A DNA stretch of 62,771 nucleotides from an uncultured Bacteroidota bacterium (GTDB taxonomy: Bacteria; Bacteroidota; Bacteroidia; Chitinophagales; Chitinophagaceae). The notes beneath the pieces were generated by a model. That model ran no database searches, was not told the DNA's origin, and worked only from the letters and a program-made list of their open reading frames with translations. Shown in pieces: positions 48,171 through 58,510 of the stretch (position 1 is its first letter; every line of letters starts with the position of its first letter). The position numbers and the translations under genes are program-made. The DNA lies in NCBI GenBank assembly GCA_903875055.1, contig CAIQUX010000247.1, forward strand, positions 1-62,771, read 5' to 3'.

Positions 48171-49010
48171 ATGAGAAAGATTCTTTTCATCCTCTTTTTG
48201 TTTTCATTTACTCAGGCCGAATCGCAGGTTTTCTATCGACGATCAGAATATGGATTCGCCCTTGGCGGTGCCAATTATTTTGGTGACTTGAATCAGAATT
48301 ATAGTTTCAAAAATGTACGTTATAGTGGTGGGTTGTTTTTAAAATACAACTTCACGGATTATATCGCCCTCAAACTCGCCGGTAATTACGCCTTTGTGGG
48401 TTATGATGATAAATACTCATCGAATGTGTATCAGAAAACACGGAATCTAAATTTTAAATCCAATATCTATGAATCGGTCATTCAGGCCGAATTCAATTTC
48501 TTCCAGTATGATGTCATGGATTTCGATCATCGTTTCACACCATATGTCACTATCGGTATGGGGATGTTCTGGTACAACCCTTATACTATTTACGACAAAA
48601 AACGATATGACCTGAGGCCATTAGGCACTGAGGGCCAGAATTACGACGAATATAAAAGCCGTCGTTACTCCACGACAGCGGTAGCCTTTCCTATTGGTCT
48701 TGGTTTTAAATTTTGGATGAGCAAAGGTATGACCTTCGGTATGGAAGTGGCTAACCGTTCAACCACCACCGATTACCTTGATGATGTAAGTACCACCTAT
48801 GTTGGAAAAGATAAGTTTGTCGATACGGAACCTACGCCTTATCCGATACCTGCAGCTGTGTTACAGGACAGATCCGGTGAGGTGACGCAGACCCCCATCG
48901 GTATCAAAGGTCGTCAACGGGGTGTCAGCACTACGCATGATAAGTATCTTCTTTTTCAGGTCACCTTATCCTTCAGATTTCCTACCTATAAATGTCCGGG
49001 GCAACGCTAG
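48171..49010 (+). CDS. DUF6089-type outer-membrane beta-barrel protein (paralog of 12320-13177)
   Basis: Signal peptide; shared motifs YFGDL, NLNF..N..E, NPYT, LRPLGTEGQ and TTDYLDDVS. Confidence 0.75.
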   Translation: MRKILFILFLFSFTQAESQVFYRRSEYGFALGGANYFGDLNQNYSFKNVRYSGGLFLKYNFTDYIALKLAGNYAFVGYDDKYSSNVYQKTRNLNFKSNIYESVIQAEFNFFQYDVMDFDHRFTPYVTIGMGMFWYNPYTIYDKKRYDLRPLGTEGQNYDEYKSRRYSTTAVAFPIGLGFKFWMSKGMTFGMEVANRSTTTDYLDDVSTTYVGKDKFVDTEPTPYPIPAAVLQDRSGEVTQTPIGIKGRQRGVSTTHDKYLLFQVTLSFRFPTYKCPGQR

Positions 49011-50235
49011 AAGAATGAGGTTCCGTCATTAATGACTTAATATTCAGAACCACGATCAAGAGCACGATCGTAAAAAGGTATTCACAATTATAGTTGAATT
49101 GCTTAGGATGTATGGTTGTTTCGTACACCTTGAAGAAATACCAATGTGCCAGAAAAAGTACTGCTATGTTTAGAATGATCATGGCCAAGATTGGAAAATC
49201 TAATTTCGCCAGTTTACCTGTTCTGAATCTTTTCATTTCAAGAAGGAGATATTTCCCAAGTAAAGGATAGATCAATAATAAAGGTAGGGCGAACAGCCGT
49301 GATTCTCTGGCGATCGTTGAAAAGATAACTATCAAAGTATTGCAGAAAAGAAGAAACAGGAAGCCTGATGCGAGTTTCTTTTCAAGCGTTACTTTTTTGA
49401 TGTCACTCCAAAATTGAAGCAGCAGATAAAGAGGAATTGCATTGACCAGAAAAAATGAAAAGATTGTTTCACGACCATACTTGATATCTTGAAAATTGAA
49501 TTCAAATAAATCCATACGGCTGCTTAATTCCTGATGACTTTGTATCGTAAAAAATGAGGGATAGACCATCTTAAGAAATACTGCATGCAAGATCATAACA
49601 AACACAAAACCAATCGTATGCAATATCGTGATCTTGTATCGCTCAGTCACATCGTTCTTTTGAAACGTTAGAAATAAAAATATCGGCAAAAAAAGATAAC
49701 CCGATTCCCGGCAAAGACAGGAAAGCAGGAAGAATAAAAAGAACAGGATCGTTTTGTTTTTGAAGAAAGCGATTAACGATAAGATGAAACAGAGGTAAGT
49801 CAACGGCTCATCATAAGTATAATTGGTATTGAAAAAAGCACACAACACCGTGAAGCCCGAATAAAATATCATCTGGCTGAAAACGGCTTCTGCTGTAGTC
49901 AATGACAACTGCAGACTGAAGTAATAAAGCGCTATGCCGCAAAGAAAAAACAAACAGAAGTTGACAAGAATGAAGGAGGTGCCCATTTGCAGATGTGTAG
50001 TTGAGGAGGTCTTTTCAAACAGAAAGGTGCTGAGAGGTCGTCGGGCAAAGGCAGGTTCTTCTTTATGATAATCCACCGCTTCACGCAAGGCCTGCTGATC
50101 GATTCGTTGCATGGCGCTTTTGTCTTGATCGTTCCATTGGTTCAGCATGGTGTCGACCCGTGTATTAAAATGAAAAAGGAGAAGGAAACAGATTCCGATT
50201 ATCGGGACAAGCAGACCGGTTAAAAATTTATTCAT
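48982..50235 (-). CDS. Polytopic integral membrane protein of unknown function
   Basis: 417 aa with at least 9 hydrophobic segments and one about 50-aa hydrophilic loop after TM1. It is 50 nt downstream of darB on the same strand. Confidence 0.65.
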   Translation of the reverse strand: MNKFLTGLLVPIIGICFLLLFHFNTRVDTMLNQWNDQDKSAMQRIDQQALREAVDYHKEEPAFARRPLSTFLFEKTSSTTHLQMGTSFILVNFCLFFLCGIALYYFSLQLSLTTAEAVFSQMIFYSGFTVLCAFFNTNYTYDEPLTYLCFILSLIAFFKNKTILFFLFFLLSCLCRESGYLFLPIFLFLTFQKNDVTERYKITILHTIGFVFVMILHAVFLKMVYPSFFTIQSHQELSSRMDLFEFNFQDIKYGRETIFSFFLVNAIPLYLLLQFWSDIKKVTLEKKLASGFLFLLFCNTLIVIFSTIARESRLFALPLLLIYPLLGKYLLLEMKRFRTGKLAKLDFPILAMIILNIAVLFLAHWYFFKVYETTIHPKQFNYNCEYLFTIVLLIVVLNIKSLMTEPHSSSVAPDIYR

Positions 50236-50285
50236 AAAACCGAACAGGAATAATAGCGGAAGATACGACGATTCATGCAGAAAAT

Positions 50286-51425
50286 TTATACTGCAGTCAG
50301 GTGAACATAGCCATAGCTGAAGCGAGCGCTTTCAGGAATCATCAGGACAATGACATCACCTTTTTTTATTTTCCCTTCATTGAAAAGTTCTTCGAGCATC
50401 AGATAAGGTGAAGCACTTCCGATATTACCGACGCTAGTGAGATTCGTAAACCATTTTTCAGCCGGAATCGGGTACCCGATCTTTCCCAATTCATCCATTA
50501 TTTTCGGTCTGAAAAATTCAGACGAAAGATGAGGAAGAAAATACGTGATGCTGTTTAGATCGACGGCATGTTTTTCGCAAACCTTTTTCCACATTTTACC
50601 TCCCCACTTGACAATGTTCTCTCCTAAAAGGCGAGTATCCTGTTTGAAGGCGAATATGCTTTTTGAAGCCCAGTCATGTGGTTTCATTTCGGCCCAGCCT
50701 GTTAGAGAACCGTCTTCATTTTTTTCGCAACCGGCATACATGCAAGGTTCTATCTGGTTGGCATACGAAATGATATCAACCCAATCGACCCTCAGTGAAA
50801 CACTGTGCTCATTCGGCTTGTTTTGAAGCAATGCTGCTCCGGCTCCGTCACTAAGCATCCAGCGTAAAAAATCTTTCTGGAAGGCTATGATAGGATTGTC
50901 AATCAGATGTTTCAGGTCTTCGGCTTCATCATCAAACTTATCAGCTTTCAGCCAGCCTGAAACTTTTTCAGAACCTACCGCAATTGCATTATTACTATTG
51001 CCACTTTTGACACTCATGAAAGCATATTTGAAAGCCTGTATCCCGGCACAACAAGCCGTGCTGATCGAAACGATTTCAGTAGGCGGGCATTTTAATTCGC
51101 CATGCACCATAGCAGCATGGCTTGGAAGCAGCTGGTCAGGGGCTACACAACCGCAAGCCAGCATTTCAATATCTTCTTTCGTGAATGTCTCATCCAATAA
51201 TCCTTCGATAGCCTTGGAGGCCAATTGATAATTTGTGTGTGTGCTTTTTCCTGTCGCCTTATCAATAGCGTAATAACGGGTCTTGATCTGATTATTACGC
51301 AGAATAATCCCTTTCGCTTTGGATGGACGGCCGTCAATACGGCCTAGATAATCTTCCATTTGATCATTACTGATAGGATCATTTGGTAAAAATCTCGATA
51401 ATCTTGTTATGTACACTTCACTCAT
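50286..51425 (-). CDS. darB: KAS III-like ketosynthase, probable dialkylresorcinol condensing enzyme DarB
   Basis: FabH-like Cys-His-Asn triad (TACCAGIQAF, LPHLSS, VGNIGSAS), about 380 aa, immediately downstream of a DarA-like gene. ATG 51425. Confidence 0.65.
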   Translation of the reverse strand: MSEVYITRLSRFLPNDPISNDQMEDYLGRIDGRPSKAKGIILRNNQIKTRYYAIDKATGKSTHTNYQLASKAIEGLLDETFTKEDIEMLACGCVAPDQLLPSHAAMVHGELKCPPTEIVSISTACCAGIQAFKYAFMSVKSGNSNNAIAVGSEKVSGWLKADKFDDEAEDLKHLIDNPIIAFQKDFLRWMLSDGAGAALLQNKPNEHSVSLRVDWVDIISYANQIEPCMYAGCEKNEDGSLTGWAEMKPHDWASKSIFAFKQDTRLLGENIVKWGGKMWKKVCEKHAVDLNSITYFLPHLSSEFFRPKIMDELGKIGYPIPAEKWFTNLTSVGNIGSASPYLMLEELFNEGKIKKGDVIVLMIPESARFSYGYVHLTAV

Positions 51426-51480
51426 CAATTCGCGGAATAAGCACGCAATTTAACAAAGTTCCCCTTAAAAAACGAATTCC

Positions 51481-52401
51481 TTAAATTGCTTTTTCCCTAT
51501 ATGCTATATTTTTGAAATAATCAACTTCTTTCATTAGTTTACTTCTGTTGAAGAGCACAGCCAGACTAGCTGTGAATGAACTAATCGGTGACAAAATAAA
51601 AACACCTACAAACAATAAACGGCTGAACAATGTCACTCTTCCTTTTCGAGCTTCCTGGCCACGTTCACCTTTCTCTCGAATCCAGGGAGCAAATTTCCTG
51701 AAATTCTTTATGCCTCTTTTTTCCAGTATCACCAAAGCAGGATTTAACTCCACACCGTCTTGCGCCAGCAATTTTTCATGTAGTTGTTTTAAATTATTTT
51801 GCAGGAGACATTGTGATATTGTATCTCCGAATCGTTTTGCGTTTTCGATATCCTGTTTTTGCACACCAGCTTCAGGCATGCGTTTGGTTGCTTCTTTCTG
51901 TCCTTTGAATGTCCATCGTATAATGGTAAGGATGGAAGTGAGATTCGGACTTCGGTCGAAGAAAACCAGATTGCCCACAAGTTTTGCATTCACCGCAATC
52001 AATTGCTCTTTTGTTTTTTCCTGAGCATTCAGCCACATGTTACGGGATCCGATCACTGTCAAAATGTTTTTATCTTGCAAGAATGCAGCGGCATCACTTT
52101 TAAGGAAACTACTGAAGGGTATCGATGGAGATAAGAACCAGGGTTGATATCCTAATACGATTAGGTCATATTTCTTTTCACTGAATGGTATTGGTTCTAT
52201 TTCTTCCGAAACCTGAAGCACACTTTCTGGCATACAGTCGAAAAACTCAGCTGCCTTCCATGGGAACGGGAATTTGACACGAGGTTTTATTTCTAGTATG
52301 TCAATATCGCATGCAGTTTGTTGCCCGCTGAATATGCTGTCAAGAATAGATCGTAATTGTCCGGTTTGGGAATAATAAAGTATCAGTATGGATGGTTTCA
52401 T
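51481..52401 (-). CDS. darA: DarA-like protein (dialkylresorcinol biosynthesis aromatase), flavodoxin-like N-terminus
   Basis: MKPSILILYYSQTGQL start, about 306 aa, C-terminal hydrophobic helix. The darA-darB order matches described dar loci. The identification is from memory of the family. Confidence 0.55.
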   Translation of the reverse strand: MKPSILILYYSQTGQLRSILDSIFSGQQTACDIDILEIKPRVKFPFPWKAAEFFDCMPESVLQVSEEIEPIPFSEKKYDLIVLGYQPWFLSPSIPFSSFLKSDAAAFLQDKNILTVIGSRNMWLNAQEKTKEQLIAVNAKLVGNLVFFDRSPNLTSILTIIRWTFKGQKEATKRMPEAGVQKQDIENAKRFGDTISQCLLQNNLKQLHEKLLAQDGVELNPALVILEKRGIKNFRKFAPWIREKGERGQEARKGRVTLFSRLLFVGVFILSPISSFTASLAVLFNRSKLMKEVDYFKNIAYREKAI

Positions 52402-52535
52402 GACATGTAAAAGTAAAATGCTTAGACCGAACGACGAAATATGAATGAATAGTTTGTTTGAGGCAGTTATGGAAAGCGGCAAATCATAAAAATCGGGATG
52501 AGCTGTTTCAAACTGAACGATTATATTTGTTGTTC

Positions 52536-54242
52536 ATGAAGGATGCCTTGCTTACCGTAAAAGATATCAGTGTCGACTTTGAATCGGATGGTGAAATAGT
52601 GCATGCCTTACAGCATATCTCATTCGATCTAGCGAAAGGTAAGACCTTAGCCGTCGTTGGTGAAAGCGGCTCCGGAAAATCAGTCCTGGCATTGACTATC
52701 ATGCGTCTGCTGCCTTCACCGCAGGGGATAATAAAACAAGGTAATATTGAATTTGATGCAAACGAAAAGCAGAAATTGGATATCGTGGCATGCAGTCCTG
52801 TACAAATAGAATCCTTACGAGGTCAGCAGATTGGTATGATTTTTCAGGAGCCAATGACATCACTGAATCCTTTGATGACTTGCGGAAGACAAGTAGCTGA
52901 GACCATCGTATTAAATAAGAAACTCACTTATAAGGAAGCCCTTGCCGAAACACAGAGTTTGTTCGAAGAGGTACAACTTCCTGATCCGAAAGCGATACTG
53001 GGTCGTTACCCGCATGAACTATCCGGCGGACAGAAACAACGAGTTATGATTGCCATCGCCATTTGTTGCAACCCATCCTTATTGATAGCCGATGAACCAA
53101 CCCCCGCATTGGATGTGACTGTTCAAAAGACGATATTGGATTTGTTATCGGTCATTCAAGAGAAACGGGGAATGGCGATTCTGTTCATAACTCATGATCT
53201 GAATCTGGTTAGAAATTTTGCAGATTCAGTCATGATTATGTATCGCAGCCGTTGTGTAGAATATGGTGACACCAGCACAATCTATCGCAATCCGGCTCAC
53301 CCATACACCAAAGGGCTTCTCAACTGCAGACCTCCAAAGAATGAACGAATCAGGTTCTTGAAATCGGTTGAAGAGAGCATTAAAGGAGCTGATGCCAAGT
53401 TTGAAGCTGATAATAAAATTAGTCTTCAGGCTTTTGATAATCGAATCCGAAAATTAGAAAAACAAACAGACATTCTTGAGTTAAAGGATCTGCATTGCTG
53501 GTATCCGGTGAAGAAAAATTTCTTTGGCAAAACGAGTGCTTGGTTTAAAGCTGTTGATGGAGTCAACCTTTCTATAAAAGAAGGGGAAACCCTAGGGCTG
53601 GTAGGTGAAAGTGGTTGCGGAAAGACAACGATCGGGAAATCGATCGTGTTACTTACTGATATTACTAAGGGTGAAATTCTTTACAGAGGAAAAAACGTTC
53701 AGGATTTTTCTATAGCTGAACTGGCAGAATACAGAAAAAATGTACAGATGATTTTTCAGGACCCATACTCGTCGCTCAATCCGCGGATATCGATCGGAGA
53801 AGCCATACGCGAACCGATGGATGTGCATGGTATTCATTCATCATCACTTCGAAAACAAATAGCCATTGATTTATTCGAAAAGGTGGGATTGTTGCCAGAT
53901 CATTATCATCGGTATCCGCATGAATTCTCAGGTGGGCAACGTCAACGTATCTGCATAGCGCGGGCACTTGCCTTAGAACCACAATGTATCATTTGTGATG
54001 AAAGTGTTTCGGCATTGGATGTGAGTGTACAGGCGCAAGTGTTAAATTTATTGGTCTCACTTCGTGATGAATATAATCTCTCTTATCTGTTTATTTCGCA
54101 TGACCTTAGTGTGGTCAGGCATATCAGTGATCATGTGGCTGTCATGCAAAAAGGACGGATCGAAGAATCAGGTACTGCCGAAAATATTTATTCGTCGCCA
54201 GTCAGTATGTATACACGTGCTTTGATCGCAAGCAGTTTGTAA
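52536..54242 (+). CDS. Fused double-domain ABC ATPase (Dpp/Opp/YejF type), no adjacent permease
   Basis: Two Walker A motifs ([16 protein letters not shown]), two signatures ([16 protein letters not shown]) and oligopeptide-type C-terminal motifs. ATG 52536. Confidence 0.9.
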   Translation: MKDALLTVKDISVDFESDGEIVHALQHISFDLAKGKTLAVVGESGSGKSVLALTIMRLLPSPQGIIKQGNIEFDANEKQKLDIVACSPVQIESLRGQQIGMIFQEPMTSLNPLMTCGRQVAETIVLNKKLTYKEALAETQSLFEEVQLPDPKAILGRYPHELSGGQKQRVMIAIAICCNPSLLIADEPTPALDVTVQKTILDLLSVIQEKRGMAILFITHDLNLVRNFADSVMIMYRSRCVEYGDTSTIYRNPAHPYTKGLLNCRPPKNERIRFLKSVEESIKGADAKFEADNKISLQAFDNRIRKLEKQTDILELKDLHCWYPVKKNFFGKTSAWFKAVDGVNLSIKEGETLGLVGESGCGKTTIGKSIVLLTDITKGEILYRGKNVQDFSIAELAEYRKNVQMIFQDPYSSLNPRISIGEAIREPMDVHGIHSSSLRKQIAIDLFEKVGLLPDHYHRYPHEFSGGQRQRICIARALALEPQCIICDESVSALDVSVQAQVLNLLVSLRDEYNLSYLFISHDLSVVRHISDHVAVMQKGRIEESGTAENIYSSPVSMYTRALIASSL

Positions 54243-54244
54243 AC

Positions 54245-54925
54245 TTACAAAGGTGGCAATCGTTTCTCTGGCCCATAATCGATTTGTCTGCCCAAAGTGC
54301 CTTTGAGACGCTTGGCGAAAGGTTCTTTATTCAAGATGGAATTGAAATCTGGTTTGAAGGCTTTCATACTGTCTATATCAATTTGTATGTCATTGATTTT
54401 TTTGATGATTTTAAACTGAATGGGTATGTGCTGAATGGGTGATGCAAATCGTTTCTTCGTAAATCCTTTCAGTAAAAAGCTTTGAAACGGATCTGTTGCC
54501 AGTGCCAATGTTTTAAAACCGAGTTGTTTTGCCACCATATACGAGTAATAAATGTTTTCTGTGCTATGTTTGGCAAGTGTATCATAGAAAATATGTTCTT
54601 TCGGTACACCCAGTTTTTGAGCATATAGTCCCATCACAATGGATTCGTAGAAATGAGTATATACTGCAGCACCCGAAAAAATGATATTCTTCGTGTAATG
54701 GTTTTTATACAGGTATACACTCCAAAGGACACGAGCTTTCATAGTGCTGTCCCAATGTCCGTTTTTCAATGGAATTCCAGGAACGATAATCGCGTCAAAT
54801 ATCATCCTCTCGTCGTTGACTTCCCTGAACATTCTTTCAGAAGGATGGATGGCCAGCGAACAGGACGATAGGAAAAAGATTCCAATGAAAAGTAAGTAAG
54901 CGTTTCGCGTGATTTTTTGAATCAT
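54245..54925 (-). CDS. YdcF/DUF218 family lipoprotein
   Basis: Lipobox FLSSC; IIVPGIP...IIFSGAAVY...STENI pattern of DUF218. ATG 54925. Confidence 0.75.
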   Translation of the reverse strand: MIQKITRNAYLLFIGIFFLSSCSLAIHPSERMFREVNDERMIFDAIIVPGIPLKNGHWDSTMKARVLWSVYLYKNHYTKNIIFSGAAVYTHFYESIVMGLYAQKLGVPKEHIFYDTLAKHSTENIYYSYMVAKQLGFKTLALATDPFQSFLLKGFTKKRFASPIQHIPIQFKIIKKINDIQIDIDSMKAFKPDFNSILNKEPFAKRLKGTLGRQIDYGPEKRLPPL

Positions 54926-54976
54926 GCGTAAAAATAAATCAAACGTAACATGTGACAAATAGACAAACCCGATACC

Positions 54977-55996
54977 TTATTTTCCTGAATAACCCAGCAT
55001 GCTGGCCAGATTATCAGGTAATGCAGGCAGTTTGTTTCGTTGTATCAGGAATGAAGTGAGATCGGCAAATTCCTTGAAGATATAATGGGTGTCTGCCGCA
55101 TTTTTAAGATAATGAGCGCCTGTGCTTCCTCCGGTTCCGATTCGACGTCCTATCATTCGTTGCACCATATTCATATGTCGGTAACGCCATTGTGCCAATA
55201 ATTCATCGATATCCAATAATGAATTGATGAATTGGTAAGGTGTATTCAGTAATGGATAGTCTCTGAACAGCATGATGAAAACGGCCGCACGATTAGAATC
55301 GATACTCAAACGACGAGAACCTGTTTCGCTTTTCTTCATAAACATTTCATCGAAAGAAGTGAGGTTCTGTTTTTCACCTTCCTGTAAGGAGGCCTCATAG
55401 AGCATTCTATAGCTGTCAAAGAAATCATCTCCTTCGCTCCAATAAGCCGAATCTTTGAGGAATGGCATTCTTGAAAGCCAGTCGTTCACTAAGGAAAAGA
55501 GGGAGACTTCATGTTCAGCATTTTTCACGCGTTCTATATCTGCTTCATTCAATTGTGAAATATAATATTGCTGTCCAAAACGCTGGTCAAATGGAAGTCC
55601 GAGTAAGGCTTCCAGTATTTTGAACTGTATGCTTTGAAAACCTGAAGCCGGACGAAGGAAATCGCGGAAGTCAAGAAAGTCAAGGGGTGTCATGGTTTCA
55701 AGGATGGTTATCTTATCCACCAGCATCTGAAGTATGATACCAACACGTTTCATTCTGTGAACTGCATTCTGCATATCGGCGGAATTATCTTCGATATTCT
55801 GTTTCAAAAATATTTCACGCACGATACCAACCTCATGCAACATTTGTTTGAACCATAATTCATATGACTGATGTATGATGATAAACAACATTTCGTCATC
55901 GGCTCGCACGCCATGCTTTTTACTTTCTTCCTCCTGAGCGTTCAGGATCTTGTCCAATTGCAGATATTCGCTGTAGTAAACTGGTTTCATATTCAT
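54977..55996 (-). CDS. kynA: Tryptophan 2,3-dioxygenase
   Basis: YSEYLQLDKILNAQ, IIIHQSYELWFKQ, HMNMVQRMIG.R.GTGGS.G..YL motifs. Confidence 0.9.
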   Translation of the reverse strand: MNMKPVYYSEYLQLDKILNAQEEESKKHGVRADDEMLFIIIHQSYELWFKQMLHEVGIVREIFLKQNIEDNSADMQNAVHRMKRVGIILQMLVDKITILETMTPLDFLDFRDFLRPASGFQSIQFKILEALLGLPFDQRFGQQYYISQLNEADIERVKNAEHEVSLFSLVNDWLSRMPFLKDSAYWSEGDDFFDSYRMLYEASLQEGEKQNLTSFDEMFMKKSETGSRRLSIDSNRAAVFIMLFRDYPLLNTPYQFINSLLDIDELLAQWRYRHMNMVQRMIGRRIGTGGSTGAHYLKNAADTHYIFKEFADLTSFLIQRNKLPALPDNLASMLGYSGK

Positions 55997-56111
55997 TATT
56001 GTAGCGTGAAATTAATCATAGAAATCAATAGCCGAAACTATTCTGAAAATAAGTAAAATAAAAATCAAATATTTTTTGGAAATAGAACATACGTTGTATT
56101 ACATTTGCCGC

Positions 56112-56196
56112 GGAGAGATGGCAGAGTGGTCGATTGCGACGGTCTTGAAAACCGTTGACTGTCAAAGGTCCGGGGGTTCGAATCCCTCTCTCTCCG
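56112..56196 (+). tRNA. tRNA-Ser (anticodon UGA)
   Basis: Acceptor stem GGAGAGA / TCTCTCC; anticodon loop CTTGAAA (TGA at 56146-56148); long variable arm; T loop TTCGAAT; discriminator G. CCA is not encoded. Confidence 0.92.
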
Positions 56197-56202
56197 CTCA
56201 AT

Positions 56203-56233
56203 CCCTGCAACGCTTTCGCGAAGCAGGGTTTTT
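56203..56233 (+). terminator. Terminator hairpin after tRNA-Ser
   Basis: Stem CCCTGC / GCAGGG with an inner CGC/GCG pairing, followed by TTTTT. Confidence 0.75.
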
Positions 56234-56450
56234 AGTTTATACCAAGTTGTTTAAGTAAGTAAAGTTATTTTTGTTCTGATGATTTATTTCGGGTTTATCG
56301 ACTCATCTTTTAATCCATTTTTCAAAATACCCTGACGTGTAATAATCTATAGTTGTAATATGTTCGCTATTTTACCAGCAATGCACCTGTATATTAAATT
56401 CATTTTTATCCATCTGAAAGGATTAGAATCTTTAACTTTACACCCTCATA

Positions 56451-57257
56451 ATGAAACATATATTATCATTTGCAGTATTGTCGCTCATGCTTTTCTCTTG
56501 TAAGGATCAATCCAAGGAGAACCGCCCTATCGTACTGGGTGATACATCAATGATAGTGACAGAGACCGATGAACGATTTCTTAAGAATAATACGGAAGAT
56601 ATTTCGCCAACCAATAAAAAATCATCTGAAGGGAAAATTACCAGCATGATGATGCAGATGGACAGTGTGAAATCGGTAAAGAAACTGGAAGAAGAAAAGG
56701 GTAGTGCTCCATTAAGCGGCTTTACCATACATTTTGCCGAATGCGATGTCGTCTTTGACAATCTTACCGCACATGCCATTCAGAACAATCAGGATGAGCG
56801 CACATCGAATAGCGTTTCTTATGTGGTGGATGCCGGTAATCTGGATGAAATGAATTTGCAAGTCAGCGGTTTGGACGAAGCCAATGTAGAGCAACGAATT
56901 TTTACCAGATTAAGGGTCGAAGCGTTGTCAGATAATTTTGTCCTGAATGATCTGGGTAAATTTATTTCGCCATGGTCGGCACTGGCAGGAAAGGATTTTA
57001 AATATGTTTCCTTAAGCAATAACAGTCTGCAGTTCTTTACCGTTGAGAACACCAAAATCAGAAATGCGGTTGACCGTGAATTACGGAAAAAGAAAAAAAC
57101 ACGTCAGGAAATTCAGGAATGGATGAATGTCATTAAGAAAACAAACTCTTACTCAGACGAACCTTGTAAGATCCAGGTTGTTTCAGCGCAATGGCGTATC
57201 ATAGGCAAGAAAAACGGAAAGCGTATACAGAAGCTTATCCAGTTCGATATTCCTTAA
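56451..57257 (+). CDS. Hypothetical lipoprotein
   Basis: Signal peptide with lipobox LFSC; Lys-rich C-terminal third. No motif recognised. Confidence 0.6.
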   Translation: MKHILSFAVLSLMLFSCKDQSKENRPIVLGDTSMIVTETDERFLKNNTEDISPTNKKSSEGKITSMMMQMDSVKSVKKLEEEKGSAPLSGFTIHFAECDVVFDNLTAHAIQNNQDERTSNSVSYVVDAGNLDEMNLQVSGLDEANVEQRIFTRLRVEALSDNFVLNDLGKFISPWSALAGKDFKYVSLSNNSLQFFTVENTKIRNAVDRELRKKKKTRQEIQEWMNVIKKTNSYSDEPCKIQVVSAQWRIIGKKNGKRIQKLIQFDIP

Positions 57258-58399
57258 GCTTTCTGAGTTACTTCAGCGAGATACATCATGTCACCACCCA
57301 GTTTTGTGGTATCAATACAATCCGTAGTGTATGAATAATCAGGATGTTCTTGAATGAATGCATCCATGATGTCTTCATTCTCATTTTTTAGAACACTACA
57401 GGTTATATAAAACAGTTTACCTCCCGGCTTAAGTTGACCTATCACATGTTGCATGATATCAGACTGAAGAGTCATGAAATGAGACAATTTTTCCTGTGTG
57501 AAAAAATAATATTGTTCAGGCGATCTGGCCCATGTGCCGGCTCCGCTGCAAGGCGCATCGCATACGATCGCATCGAATTTATTTTTTAGTTTACCTGATA
57601 CATCCTTTGTCACATCCAGATTGAATGACACATAATGACTTTCATATCCGTAGACCCGCATGCGTTCATGCAGATTCTTTAAGATGGTTTCTCTGATATC
57701 CGATGCCGTCAACTGTATTGCACTGTTCTTGTCAAGCAACATGATCGATTTGCCTCCACTCGCTGTGCAACAATCCCACCAGCTTTCATTGGCTTGCGGT
57801 TTGAAATGCTCGCCTGTCAGTTGTGATGCATAATCCTGTATCACATAATCCGCAGGTTCAAGATGTTCGTTGAGTTTGACACTCGCGTCGAATGAAAAGC
57901 AATTGGCGCTGACACGCTGAAAGGCGACAGATTGTTGTATCAGTTTGTCTTCAATCGCCCGATGATTTTTGCGTATACGTATGAACACTCTGGGATGAGA
58001 GTACAGATTTTTAATAAATTGATCTTGGCTGATGCCATTTGTCAATACGAAGGGCACATTGAAATCACATTGATACTCTTCAATGGCGTATGCTATTTTT
58101 TCTTCAATGCTTGATTCGTAGCGGTTCGCCAGTTCTTTATTGACTTTTTCGAAAAACAAGATGGGAAGCCGTCCTGATAGGAAACTGCCTAGCATCAGAC
58201 GGTCACGTACTCTCAAGTGTTCATTGGCTTTGCCCAAACGGTAAATACCATAGAGCAATTCTGAAATATATTTCCGGTCACGGGATCCGAACTTTTTATT
58301 GTTTCTGAAATATTCTTTCAGAAAAAGATGCAAAGGCATTTGCACCTCGTATTGTTCGAACAGATGGGCGGCAGTTTGGAAATAAGCTTCAATGAACAT
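57254..58399 (-). CDS. RsmB/NOP-family SAM-dependent RNA (cytosine-C5) methyltransferase
   Basis: DAPCSGAGTWARSPE and YITCSV catalytic Cys motifs; N-terminal NusB-like region. Confidence 0.85.
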   Translation of the reverse strand: MFIEAYFQTAAHLFEQYEVQMPLHLFLKEYFRNNKKFGSRDRKYISELLYGIYRLGKANEHLRVRDRLMLGSFLSGRLPILFFEKVNKELANRYESSIEEKIAYAIEEYQCDFNVPFVLTNGISQDQFIKNLYSHPRVFIRIRKNHRAIEDKLIQQSVAFQRVSANCFSFDASVKLNEHLEPADYVIQDYASQLTGEHFKPQANESWWDCCTASGGKSIMLLDKNSAIQLTASDIRETILKNLHERMRVYGYESHYVSFNLDVTKDVSGKLKNKFDAIVCDAPCSGAGTWARSPEQYYFFTQEKLSHFMTLQSDIMQHVIGQLKPGGKLFYITCSVLKNENEDIMDAFIQEHPDYSYTTDCIDTTKLGGDMMYLAEVTQKA

Positions 58400-58510
58400 G
58401 GAAGGAACGGTTTAGCGGGTTATGTAATCAGGTTATAACCTGCTTGGTGAAACTGAATAGGATTCATGATGAAAGAACATGGTCTTCAACCTGAATTTTT
58501 ATGAGTGTGA

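Noticed and set aside
52536-54242. The fused double ABC ATPase lacks a neighbouring permease or binding protein, and has ADEPTPALD in place of the usual ADEPTTALD in domain 1.
   Set aside because: Orphan Opp/Dpp-type ATPases are common, and the single substitution is not in a catalytic residue that I can identify. There is too little to build a hypothesis on.
56025-56258. Two roughly 60-aa ORFs (56025-56210 minus strand, 56076-56258 plus strand).
   Set aside because: They overlap a canonical tRNA-Ser(UGA) cloverleaf and its terminator, so they are not coding.
56197-56450. tRNA-Ser as a possible integration site for a genomic island.
   Set aside because: There is no integrase, excisionase or phage/ICE gene on either side. 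I noticed no duplicated copy of the tRNA 3' end downstream, although a full computational repeat search was not possible.
57254-57257. The convergent lipoprotein and rsmB-like genes share a TTAA, so their stop codons overlap.
   Set aside because: The overlap is real, but it is a common compact-genome arrangement with no further implication that I can support.
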